Positions 10,004 to 18,975 of a stretch of 64,000 nucleotides of DNA are shown piece by piece. The position numbers and the translations under genes were made by a program. The DNA lies in NCBI GenBank assembly GCA_048213135.1, contig PS015010.1, positions 434,001 to 498,000 on the forward strand. The letters run 5' to 3'. How positions within the stretch are numbered: the stretch's first letter is position 1; every line of letters begins with the position of its first letter. The notes beneath the pieces were generated by a model that was given only the letters and a program-made list of their open reading frames with translations, was not told the DNA's origin and ran no database searches. The DNA is from Reclinomonas americana ATCC 50394 (taxonomy: Eukaryota).

Positions 10004-11710
10004 ATGGACACTTATAAACGCTCCTTCCTTCAACTCCTGCTCCCGGTTCTTTTATGCCTTATTATTTCCTGTAACAGCGGTGGTAAAAAAAATGCGGACA
10101 AACAAATCGTAGCCGATCCCGACAGGATGGACGAAGTTGTTTCCGGCCACATCAAGGATGCCCTGCAGGTTGCGGAAGAAGGAAAAAAGATAGACGACAG
10201 TATTACCGTAAGACTATTCAACGTAGTCAGCAGTTTTTATAACGGCAACGACTATGTGCCGGTATGGAGCAGCAGGGAAAAATGGGAGCCGCTGGCCGAC
10301 AGTCTTTACTGTTTTATCCGCGATGCCGAGCAGTACGGGCTTTTTCCAAAAGATTATCACTTTGCTTCCCTGCAATCATTAAAACAAAAACTGGATACCG
10401 ACTCTCTGAAACGTATGGACGCGGTGTTGTGGAGCCGGGCCGATATCCTCTTTACAGATGGATTTATGCGCCTGATCCGCGACCTGAAACAGGGACGCCT
10501 GCAACCCGACAGTCTTTCACTGAATAAAGATTCCGCCATTGCCGTTAACTTTTTTGTGAACAGCCTGAAAGAGCTGGCAGAGAAAAAACAGTTCTCCGCC
10601 CTGATCAGATCAGTGCAGCCCGTGCACAAAGGATACTGGGAATTGCAGAAAGGCATCCGCAGTTTCCTCGACAGCATGGACCGCAGGCCCTACACCTATG
10701 TATCCTATCCCTATAAAAAAGGCGACGCGAAGGACTCCGCCTATTTCGTTAAGATGCTGCAGAAACGTTTGAATGAAAGCGCCTGCATCGACTTTACCGA
10801 TCATATGCCCGACACCACACAATTAAGCAATGCCATCAAAAAATACCAGGGCAGAAAAGGCATTAAAGCAGACGGTAAGGTATCCACCGCATTGGTAAGG
10901 CTGCTCAATACCAATGATATTGAACGCTTCAACCGTATTGCCATTACAATGGACAAATACAAACAGATGCCGCCCAAAATGCCCGAACAGTACATTTGGG
11001 TGAATATACCCGGCTACTACCTGTGGGTGATCAACCATGATACCGTGGCACTGGAATCGAAGACCATCATTGGCAAGCCGGAAACGAGAACACCCCTGCT
11101 CACCAGCGAGATATCGGATATGATCACTTATCCTACCTGGACGGTGCCCACCAGCATCATTGCCAAACAATACCTGCCCAAACTGAAAAACAACCCCAAT
11201 TACCTGGCCCGGCTGGGGCTTAGGCTGGTGAATGCCAAAGGGGAGACGATCAGCGGGGGCAGCGTAGACTGGGGAAGATATTCCAAAGGTATTCCTTACA
11301 AAGTGGTGCAGGGGAGCGGCGACAATAATTCGCTGGGGGTAATGAAGTTCAATTTCAACAACCCCTACGCGGTGTACCTGCACGACACCAACCAGCGTTA
11401 CCTGTTCAAAAATGCTATGCGGGCCCTCAGCCATGGCTGTGTGAGGGTGCAGGAATGGGAAAAACTGGCTTTTTATATAGCCCGTAACGACAGCCTGAAC
11501 AGCCGCCAGCCCGATTCCCTGAAATACAATACCGACTCTATCCGTAACTGGATCGCGGCCAAAGAAAGGCGCCGGATCGACGTAAAATCACATATCCCGC
11601 TGTTTATCCGCTACTTCACCTGCGAGGGAAAAGAGGGTAAAGTGAAGTTTTACGACGACATCTATAGTGAAGATAAAATATTGAGGGATAAGTATTTTGC
11701 CAATAAATGA
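10004..11710 (+). CDS. L,D-transpeptidase lipoprotein (YcbB/YkuD family) with peptidoglycan-binding domain
   Basis: Lipobox IISC; VNIPGY, PTWTVP and YLHDT...ALSHGCVRV catalytic motif. Confidence 0.9.
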   Translation: MDTYKRSFLQLLLPVLLCLIISCNSGGKKNADKQIVADPDRMDEVVSGHIKDALQVAEEGKKIDDSITVRLFNVVSSFYNGNDYVPVWSSREKWEPLADSLYCFIRDAEQYGLFPKDYHFASLQSLKQKLDTDSLKRMDAVLWSRADILFTDGFMRLIRDLKQGRLQPDSLSLNKDSAIAVNFFVNSLKELAEKKQFSALIRSVQPVHKGYWELQKGIRSFLDSMDRRPYTYVSYPYKKGDAKDSAYFVKMLQKRLNESACIDFTDHMPDTTQLSNAIKKYQGRKGIKADGKVSTALVRLLNTNDIERFNRIAITMDKYKQMPPKMPEQYIWVNIPGYYLWVINHDTVALESKTIIGKPETRTPLLTSEISDMITYPTWTVPTSIIAKQYLPKLKNNPNYLARLGLRLVNAKGETISGGSVDWGRYSKGIPYKVVQGSGDNNSLGVMKFNFNNPYAVYLHDTNQRYLFKNAMRALSHGCVRVQEWEKLAFYIARNDSLNSRQPDSLKYNTDSIRNWIAAKERRRIDVKSHIPLFIRYFTCEGKEGKVKFYDDIYSEDKILRDKYFANK

Positions 11711-11739
11711 GTATTTTACCCGCCAAATCCGGCGACTGA

Positions 11740-12186
11740 TTGCAAAAACGAAACCATATACCTCACCGGGCCTGCAAGGCGGCTTACCTGTTTTTAACAG
11801 GTGTTTTGTTCGTGTTCCTGCTGCCGGCCTTCGCCCATGCTCAAACGACTGAACCTGCCAAACCCGTGGCCAAAAAGGCTTCCCGGGTGTTTTACGGGCA
11901 GGCCAGCTTCTATTCCAACAAGTTTAACGGGCGGAAAACCGCCAGCGGAGAGATCTTCAGCCAGGCCAAATTCACCTGCGCCTGTAACGTACTGCCCCTG
12001 GGTACCTGGGTAAAAGTGACCAACCTCCGGAACGGGAAGTCGGTAAACGTGAAAGTGAACGACAGAATTCACCCCAAAATGAGGCGGGTAGTGGATCTGA
12101 CCCGTGCCGCGGCTCAAAAACTGGGCTTTGTGGCTCACGGACTTACCCGGGTAAAAGTGGAAGTGTCCGGCAAAAAGCCATCCTGA
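11740..12186 (+). CDS. rlpA: Septal ring lytic transglycosylase RlpA family (DPBB domain only)
   Basis: GQASFY...GRKTASGE, LPLGTWVKVTNL, VNDR and VDLT motifs. The TTG start is uncertain. Confidence 0.85.
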   Translation: MQKRNHIPHRACKAAYLFLTGVLFVFLLPAFAHAQTTEPAKPVAKKASRVFYGQASFYSNKFNGRKTASGEIFSQAKFTCACNVLPLGTWVKVTNLRNGKSVNVKVNDRIHPKMRRVVDLTRAAAQKLGFVAHGLTRVKVEVSGKKPS

Positions 12187-12278
12187 TATATGTTATCTCA
12201 ATATTATCAGGCATTTCGGCCCCGTTGGGAAGGGGGAATTATGTTGGTAAATTATTTCATCCTTTGAAACTAAGCAGC

Positions 12279-12286
12279 TATTTTTG
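12279..12286 (+). promoter_or_regulatory. Bacteroidota sigma-A -7 box (TATTTTTG)
   Basis: TAnnTTTG, 25 nt upstream of the OmpA-family start. Confidence 0.5.
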
Positions 12287-12311
12287 TCCCGTTATTTGAA
12301 AACTGACATTT

Positions 12312-13643
12312 ATGAAGAAAATCCTTTTATCATTCCTGGGTTTAGGCCTTATGATCGCGGCTTTTGGCCAGAATGACTACAAAAAGCGTACGACCATGGC
12401 GGTGCATTTTACTTTGAACGACTTCCAGTCTGCTGCGGATATCAGGGCCAACGGATTATCCAACCTGATCAAATCCAAGCAATGGCATAAAACCAAGCGT
12501 ATGTATCCCGGGTTTGCCGTGAGCCTTATTGAAGGGCTGAGCAACCACGTGGATTTTGCCGGTACACTGTCCGGTACTTTCCTTGACTATCCGGTGCCCA
12601 ACAAACCGCTGCGCAATACCAGCGACCTGGTGCTGGAAGGCGCTGCCACTGCCAACCTTAAACTGGTTTCTGACAAATACATCCTCAGCCCGTTCCTGAC
12701 TGCAGGTATCGGTGGTTCCAAATACAGGGGCTACTGGGGTGCTTTTATCCCTGCCGGTGTAGGTTTGCAGGTAAGGCTGTTTGAAGACGCTTTCGTATTA
12801 CTGAACTCTCAATACCGCATCCCTGTTACAGAGAACGCGGCTTACCATTTTTACCACAGCATCGGTTTTGCGGGAACCATCTGCAAAAAGAAAGAACCGG
12901 TTGTTGTAGCTCCTCCGCCATTACCAGAACCTCCAAAAGATCGTGACGGTGACGGCGTTCTTGACGTAGATGACAAATGTCCTGACACTCCGGGTCTGGC
13001 TGCCCTCCAAGGTTGCCCTGACCGTGATGGTGACGGTATCGCTGACGGCGACGACAAATGTCCTGATGTAGCTGGTCTGGCCCGCTACCAGGGTTGTCCT
13101 ATCCCTGATACGGATAAAGATGGTATCAACGACGAACAGGATAAATGTCCTACTGTACCAGGTGTAGCCCGTTATCAGGGTTGCCCAATCCCAGATACGG
13201 ATGGTGACGGAGTTAACGACGAAGAAGATAAATGTATCAACGAAAAAGGACCTGCTTCTAACTACGGTTGTCCTGTGATCAGCGAAGAGATCATCAAAAA
13301 AGTGAACAGGGCTGCACAAAATGTATTCTTTGCAACCGGCAGCTCTAAACTGCTGCCAAAATCATTCGCTTCCCTGAACAGCGTAGTAGCGATCCTGAAC
13401 GAAAATCCAACTTACAAAGTGGACATCGCGGGTCATACTGACAACACCGGTAAACCAGACAAAAACCAAACCCTGTCTGAAGCCCGTGCCGCTTCTGTTA
13501 AGACATACCTGATCAGCAAAGGTATCAGCGACGCTCGCCTGAGTTCAGCCGGTTATGGCCAGGACAAACCAGTAGCAGATAACAAGACTGCTGCCGGCCG
13601 TGCCAAAAACAGGAGGGTGGAAATGACATTGAGGAACTATTGA
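12312..13643 (+). CDS. OmpA-family outer-membrane protein with thrombospondin type-3 repeats
   Basis: Signal peptide, N-terminal barrel-like region, four DxDxDG..D..DKC units, and OmpA-C motifs GHTD, NQTLSEARA and NRRVE. Confidence 0.92.
   Translation: MKKILLSFLGLGLMIAAFGQNDYKKRTTMAVHFTLNDFQSAADIRANGLSNLIKSKQWHKTKRMYPGFAVSLIEGLSNHVDFAGTLSGTFLDYPVPNKPLRNTSDLVLEGAATANLKLVSDKYILSPFLTAGIGGSKYRGYWGAFIPAGVGLQVRLFEDAFVLLNSQYRIPVTENAAYHFYHSIGFAGTICKKKEPVVVAPPPLPEPPKDRDGDGVLDVDDKCPDTPGLAALQGCPDRDGDGIADGDDKCPDVAGLARYQGCPIPDTDKDGINDEQDKCPTVPGVARYQGCPIPDTDGDGVNDEEDKCINEKGPASNYGCPVISEEIIKKVNRAAQNVFFATGSSKLLPKSFASLNSVVAILNENPTYKVDIAGHTDNTGKPDKNQTLSEARAASVKTYLISKGISDARLSSAGYGQDKPVADNKTAAGRAKNRRVEMTLRNY
12939..13274 (+). 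repeat. Four intragenic TSP3-like Ca-binding repeats (27-29 aa)
   Basis: DRDGDGVLDVDDKCP / DRDGDGIADGDDKCP / DTDKDGINDEQDKCP / DTDGDGVNDEEDKCI. Confidence 0.85.
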
Positions 13644-13666
13644 TTCTAACGATCTCATCTATACAT

Positions 13667-13700
13667 AATCCCCGGTTTAATTGCCGGGGATTTTTGTTTT
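13667..13700 (+). terminator. Intrinsic terminator after the OmpA gene
   Basis: AATCCCCGG-loop-CCGGGGATT followed by a T-run. Confidence 0.85.
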
Positions 13701-13827
13701 AAAGTGGAACGTGCGGGCTCATTCACAATGGTTAAAAAAGAACCAAAAAGATGACGGCCTCATTTTTTGTTGCCTGAACATTCAGACTTTTAACAGGTCA
13801 ACTGGTTGCTCACTTAACCCGGCTGCT

Positions 13828-16236
13828 ATGCAAAAGAAAATCCTGCTTCTTTTTCCTGTTGTTATTGCCTGTATCACCGTAACTGTTGTAAGGGCGCAGT
13901 CCCCGGAAAATACCATCAACCTGTATGGGTTGAATTACCCGCGGGAAAAGATCCACATCCATTTCGATAAAGACGCTTACTTTCCCGGTGAAACCGTGTG
14001 GTTCAAAAGCTATATCCTTGGCGACAACCAGCCTTCTTACCAGAGTACCAATTTTTATATCGCCCTGTATGATGCAGGAGGAAATATGATCGGGCAGAAA
14101 GTGTCGCCGGTAGTGGATGCCACCAGCGCCGGTTATTTCCAACTGCCCGACAGTATTCGGTCGGGGGTCGTCGTTTGCAGGGCTTACACGGCCTGGATGG
14201 TCAATTCCGATAGCAATCACCTGTTCACACAACCCATCCGTATACTCAACAACAACAAGAGCGGGGAGGCTGTGGTACCGGTTGCTGAGCTGCGTTTCTT
14301 CCCGGAAGGCGGCGACATTATTTCGGGAGAAAAAAATACCATCGCTTTCAAAGCTGCCTATACTAACGGTAAGCCATACCCGGTTGAAGCCCATATCCGG
14401 AAGGAAGGCAGCGATGAAGTGGTCCTTACTGTAAAAGCCCTGCACGATGGCATGGGGCGTTTTGATATGGAGCAGGAACCCGGGCAGGTGTATTACGCCA
14501 CCTGGGCAGATGAAAAAGGAGTACCCAGGAAGACGTACCTGCCGCCTGCGAAAACAACAGGAGTCGCATTAAAACTCGCTCAACAGGCCAACAGGCTTTT
14601 TTATAACCTGGCCAACCGCTCCGGGAGTGATACGTTGCACGTGCTGGCGTACATGTACCAGCGGGTGATCTATAAAGCGGATATACCGGTTGGGAACGGG
14701 GCAAGGTTTACCGGGGCATTTCCTGTGGAGCCATTTCCTTCCGGGGTAATGCAATTCACCGTATTTGACCAGCAATGGCGGCCCGTGGCAGAAAGGGTTT
14801 CCTTCATTAATAACAGCAATTATCTTAACCCGGTATCATTAAACCTGGACGGCATCCGCCTGCAAAAAAGAGCGAAGAACACGATTGAGATTCAACTGTC
14901 TGATACGCTGTCCGCCAATATGTCGATATCGGTGACAGACGCTGATGTCAATACCGGGCAAGCCGGCAATAACATTATCGGTAATATGCTGGTCAACGCG
15001 GATGTAAGGGGATATGTTTACAACCCTGACCAGTATTTTGGTGAAGGCGGATCGCTGAATAATGAACTGGACCTGGTGATGCTGACCAATGGCTGGCGGC
15101 GCTATAACTGGGATGATATGCGTGCCGGTAAAATGCCGGAGAAACGTTATGGCCGCGATAATTACCTTACCCTGTACGGAAGAACCACCCCGGAAGTACT
15201 TCCCAAGCTGGATAAAGATGAACCGGTAACCCTTATGATGCGGGGCAAAGATTCCTCCGTTCGTTTTTACAGCGCGCTGCCCGATAAGGAAGGTTATTTC
15301 ACCAGCCCCGGAATGGTGTTTTATGATACGGCAAAAGTTTTTTATTCCTTCAATAAACACAAATCTTACAACAACCAGATCAGGTTGAGCCCGGGTAACA
15401 ATACGCTGACGGCTTACGGGCAGATCAGTTTTGACCGGACGCTGCTGCGTGCAGATGAGGACGTGCCGCATAACGCCAGCCAAGCCATAGCCTTTCATTA
15501 TGCAGCAGCTAATACAGACCCGGAAGATAAAAAATCAAAAACACTGCAGGGGGTAACGGTAAAAGGAAGACAACTCAGCCCGCAAACAGACCCGATGATG
15601 GTGCTGGATGACCGGTATACCACGGGCTGGTTCCAGAGTAAAGTATTTGGATATGGTGCAGATATTTTGCACGATGAACAGGCAGAATTCGGCCAGAGCA
15701 TTTACAGTTATCTTTTAGGAAAGTTACCGGGACTTGAACTGGGGTACAAGCCGGGGATGATTGGTGAGAACCGTGTTTTCCTGTACCGAAAAGAGGAGGT
15801 ACTGATCTATATAGATGAGCACCCTTATGATAACGACTATCTCGAAAATGTACAGGTGAATCAACTGGCTTATGCGAAACTGATCACCAGGTCGGCCATG
15901 GCAGGACCATCATTGAAACCGGTGCTGGCACTCTATTACAAGAAATGGGATGACGTATCGTTGCGTAAACCCCAGCTTACCGATATGCGGCAGGAAAATG
16001 TGATGGGTTATTCCCCGGTAAAGGAATTCTATTCGCCTGATTATTCAGATGGCCATACGGGCGGCACCGATGCCCGGAGTACTTTATACTGGCAGCCCTA
16101 TATCTTTTCAGACGCGGCACACCGCAACATTCCCGTGAGTTTTTACAACAATGATTTCACCACCCGCTTCCGCATTGTGCTGGAAGGCATCAATACGGAT
16201 GGCAAACTGATTCATGCAGAGAAAATTGTGGAGTAG
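13828..16236 (+). CDS. Secreted hypothetical protein with macroglobulin(MG2)-like N-terminus and degenerate TonB-plug-like region
   Basis: Start moved to ATG 13828 (signal peptide MQKKILLLF...VRA-Q). Motifs EKIHIHFDKDAYFPGETVWFKSY, FFPEGG, LDLVMLTNGWRRY and DARSTLYWQP are typical of a large uncharacterised Bacteroidota family. Confidence 0.65.
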   Translation: MQKKILLLFPVVIACITVTVVRAQSPENTINLYGLNYPREKIHIHFDKDAYFPGETVWFKSYILGDNQPSYQSTNFYIALYDAGGNMIGQKVSPVVDATSAGYFQLPDSIRSGVVVCRAYTAWMVNSDSNHLFTQPIRILNNNKSGEAVVPVAELRFFPEGGDIISGEKNTIAFKAAYTNGKPYPVEAHIRKEGSDEVVLTVKALHDGMGRFDMEQEPGQVYYATWADEKGVPRKTYLPPAKTTGVALKLAQQANRLFYNLANRSGSDTLHVLAYMYQRVIYKADIPVGNGARFTGAFPVEPFPSGVMQFTVFDQQWRPVAERVSFINNSNYLNPVSLNLDGIRLQKRAKNTIEIQLSDTLSANMSISVTDADVNTGQAGNNIIGNMLVNADVRGYVYNPDQYFGEGGSLNNELDLVMLTNGWRRYNWDDMRAGKMPEKRYGRDNYLTLYGRTTPEVLPKLDKDEPVTLMMRGKDSSVRFYSALPDKEGYFTSPGMVFYDTAKVFYSFNKHKSYNNQIRLSPGNNTLTAYGQISFDRTLLRADEDVPHNASQAIAFHYAAANTDPEDKKSKTLQGVTVKGRQLSPQTDPMMVLDDRYTTGWFQSKVFGYGADILHDEQAEFGQSIYSYLLGKLPGLELGYKPGMIGENRVFLYRKEEVLIYIDEHPYDNDYLENVQVNQLAYAKLITRSAMAGPSLKPVLALYYKKWDDVSLRKPQLTDMRQENVMGYSPVKEFYSPDYSDGHTGGTDARSTLYWQPYIFSDAAHRNIPVSFYNNDFTTRFRIVLEGINTDGKLIHAEKIVE

Positions 16237-16372
16237 ATGAATGGATACGATAATAAAAAAACGACCGTGTTTGCGGTTTAGTTTCGTTAGTTATTGTTCG
16301 TTAGTACTAGTCTACGTACGACGTACGTACGACGTACGTACGTACGACGACGGACGGTAGAGGAGAGGGTAG

Positions 16373-16488
16373 NNNNNNNNNNNNNNNNNNNNNNNNNNNN
16401 NNNNNNNNNNNNNNNNNNNNNNNNNNNNNNNNNNNNNNNNNNNNNNNNNNNNNNNNNNNNNNNNNNNNNNNNNNNNNNNNNNNNNNNN
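16373..16488. other. Scaffold gap (116 N) preceded by low-quality sequence
   Basis: N-run; TACG-periodic sequence on its left; an 18-bp sequence is duplicated on both sides. Confidence 0.95.
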
Positions 16489-16518
16489 AACGACCGTGTT
16501 TGCGGTCGTTTTTTATTG
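16489..16518. terminator. Bidirectional terminator between the 13828 gene and the PBP gene
   Basis: AACGACCG-TGTTTG-CGGTCGTT followed by TTTTATT; the complementary A-run is at 16252-16260. Confidence 0.7.
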
Positions 16519-16535
16519 CATTTGCTGATCAGCAA

Positions 16536-18893
16536 TTAATATTCGTTATTCGGTTTGGTGGCCGGTTTCTTATTCTTATCGTCGGGTTTGGCTGCCGGGG
16601 CGGGTACTTTTTTATCGTCGGGCTTCTTGTTTTTGCCTGTGTCCTGTTTTGGAAGCTGGCTTTCTATGCCAACGTTTTCAGCAGGGGTGGAGTTATCTGT
16701 TTTAACATCCAGGAAATCCACGGCATCGCCATTACCCTGGTCAATAGTGGTACTATCACCCGAGCTGAACAGCTTGCCCCAGTCGGTATCGGCGCTGATG
16801 AGATCGGTATTCATGGATGCCGGTTTTTCAAATTCCTTGATCTTGCCGTAACCCAGTTTTTTATCGCCATATACTTTGCTCATGAAAATACCCCACTTGG
16901 GAGCGCTCATCTCCGCACCACCGGCGTTGTTGGCATAAATAGGAATAAAAGGATCGTCGCAACCCACCCAGGTACCGGCGATCAGTTCGGGAGTGTAACC
17001 AATGAACCAGCCATCGGTATTGCCGTTGGTGGTACCGGTCTTGCCCGCTTTTTGTACAGGAATATTATAACTGTTGAGTGTACGTGCCGTACCGAATTGT
17101 ACCACGCCCTGCATCAGTTTGGCCATGGTGTACGCATCGGGTTCACTGATCACCTGTCGGGGTGCGGAAGTAAATTCTTTGATAAGATTACCGCTTTTGT
17201 CTTCAATGCGGTTGATGATGATGGGTTCTGTATTCAATCCTTTGTTGGGGAACATGGTATAGCCCTGGAGCATTTCCAGCATGGGGATCTCCGCAGTACC
17301 AAGAGCAATGGAATAGTAGGGAGGAATTTTGCTTTTAATACCACAGGTCTGCACAAAATCGATCGTACGTTTTACCCCGATCTGGCCGATCAGTCTCCAT
17401 GCAGCAATGTTCTTGGAATGGGCCAGGCAATAAGCAACTGTACCGCCACCGCCGCTGATGGTTTTACCACCCAATGTAAGAGCGCCCCCGGGAATAACGG
17501 TTTCCGGGGTATAACCTGCTTCTTCTATCGCCAGCGTGTACACGAAAGGTTTGAAAGAAGAACCTACCTGCCTTTTGGCGGTTACGTGGTCAAACTTGAA
17601 CCATTTGAAATCGATACCGCCTACCCAGCATTTCACCTCGCCGGTACGGGGGTCCATAGCGGCAAAAGAGGTTTGGAGTAATTGTTTGTGGTATTTAATG
17701 GAGTCGTAAGGCGTCATTATCGTATCGATCTGGCGCTTGGCATTCCAGGCAAACACTTTCATCTTAACCGGTACATAAAAAGTCTTCTTGATCTCCTCTT
17801 CCGGTACTTTATCTTCCACCATCGACTTCCACCTCTCCGAGTATTTCATGGCCGCTTCAATTACGTTCTCATGTCCTTTCCAGATCTTATCACCCCGGTA
17901 TTTGAAGTTGGCGTTCAGTTTCTTTTGGATCAGGGGCATGTGCTGCACCACGGCTTCTTCGGCATACTGCTGCATACGGGAGTTGATGGTGGTATATATC
18001 TTCAACCCGTCGCGATAGAGATCGTAAGGTTCGCCTGTTTTCGGGTTCTTTACGTCTTTCAGCATCGTTTTCAGCTTGTCGGCCAACACGGTACGGAAGT
18101 AAGGGGCGATACCCACATTCTCATCTATCTTTTTATAATTCGTGATCAGGGGCTTGGCCTTCAGTTTGGCGGCCTCATCTTCGGTAAGGTAATGTTCCTT
18201 GCAGGCCACCATCTGCCCGATCACGATGTTACGCCTGTCGAGTGCATCCTTGGGGCGGGTGATGGGGTTATAGATAAAACCCTTGAGCATGCCCACCAGT
18301 ACGGCGGCTTCTTCTATCTTCAGGTCCTTAGGTTCTTTTTGAAAGTAGGTACGTGAGGCATTGCGGATGCCGTATACGTTACCCCAGGGAGCACGGTTCA
18401 GGTAAAGGGCGATGATCTCTTCTTTGGTAAAATTGCGTTCGAGTTTCACGGCCACTATCCATTCCTTCATCTTGTCGATCCCCCGTTTCAATACATTGCC
18501 CTTTCCCTGGTGCAGCATCATTTTTGCCACCTGCTGGGTAAGGGTACTGCCACCGCCCTGTGTACCGAGTGTAAAAAAGGCACGGGCCACGGCCTGTGCG
18601 TCGATACCGGAGTGATCGTAGAAACGTTCATCTTCAGTCGCGATCAGCGCGTGAATCACGTTCGGGGAGATCTCATTGTATTTTACTTCGCTCCTGTTCT
18701 CTGAATAGTATTTACCCATGAGTACGCCATCGCTGGTGTAGATCTCACTGGCCAGGTCGGCTTCGGGGTTCTGTAATTCCTCCACGGAAGGCATTTTCCC
18801 GAACAGGCCGAAATTGGCACAAAGGAACATGAGGATGACCAGTACGAAACCACCCAGGAATACACGCCATAAAATTTTTATCGAGCGCTTCAT
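16536..18893 (-). CDS. mrcA: Class A penicillin-binding protein 1A (transglycosylase/transpeptidase)
   Basis: N-terminal TM; GT51 motifs EDERFYDHSGID and GGSTLTQQ; transpeptidase motifs SSFK, SKN and KTG. Confidence 0.9.
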   Translation of the reverse strand: MKRSIKILWRVFLGGFVLVILMFLCANFGLFGKMPSVEELQNPEADLASEIYTSDGVLMGKYYSENRSEVKYNEISPNVIHALIATEDERFYDHSGIDAQAVARAFFTLGTQGGGSTLTQQVAKMMLHQGKGNVLKRGIDKMKEWIVAVKLERNFTKEEIIALYLNRAPWGNVYGIRNASRTYFQKEPKDLKIEEAAVLVGMLKGFIYNPITRPKDALDRRNIVIGQMVACKEHYLTEDEAAKLKAKPLITNYKKIDENVGIAPYFRTVLADKLKTMLKDVKNPKTGEPYDLYRDGLKIYTTINSRMQQYAEEAVVQHMPLIQKKLNANFKYRGDKIWKGHENVIEAAMKYSERWKSMVEDKVPEEEIKKTFYVPVKMKVFAWNAKRQIDTIMTPYDSIKYHKQLLQTSFAAMDPRTGEVKCWVGGIDFKWFKFDHVTAKRQVGSSFKPFVYTLAIEEAGYTPETVIPGGALTLGGKTISGGGGTVAYCLAHSKNIAAWRLIGQIGVKRTIDFVQTCGIKSKIPPYYSIALGTAEIPMLEMLQGYTMFPNKGLNTEPIIINRIEDKSGNLIKEFTSAPRQVISEPDAYTMAKLMQGVVQFGTARTLNSYNIPVQKAGKTGTTNGNTDGWFIGYTPELIAGTWVGCDDPFIPIYANNAGGAEMSAPKWGIFMSKVYGDKKLGYGKIKEFEKPASMNTDLISADTDWGKLFSSGDSTTIDQGNGDAVDFLDVKTDNSTPAENVGIESQLPKQDTGKNKKPDDKKVPAPAAKPDDKNKKPATKPNNEY

Positions 18894-18933
18894 GCAGGAA
18901 TATTTTGAAAGTTTAAGCGATTCATTTGCAGCG

Positions 18934-18941
18934 CAAAGCTA
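18934..18941 (-). promoter_or_regulatory. Bacteroidota sigma-A -7 box (TAGCTTTG)
   Basis: TAnnTTTG on the minus strand, 40 nt upstream of the PBP1A start. Confidence 0.5.
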
Positions 18942-18975
18942 ACCATTGACCGGTTGAGCTGCCTTGTGCCGGTTG

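Noticed and set aside
16278..16372. TACG/CGTA-periodic stretch and ORFs 16287-16535 and 16294-16539 as a real repeat or gene
   Set aside because: It borders an N-gap, matches the pyrosequencing flow order and is flanked by a duplicated hairpin, so it is treated as an artefact.
16500..18356. Long antisense ORFs (16500-17681, 17682-18356; also 3194-4258, 55224-56063, 37114-37860)
   Set aside because: They lie opposite well-supported genes and have no recognisable motifs; they are shadow ORFs.
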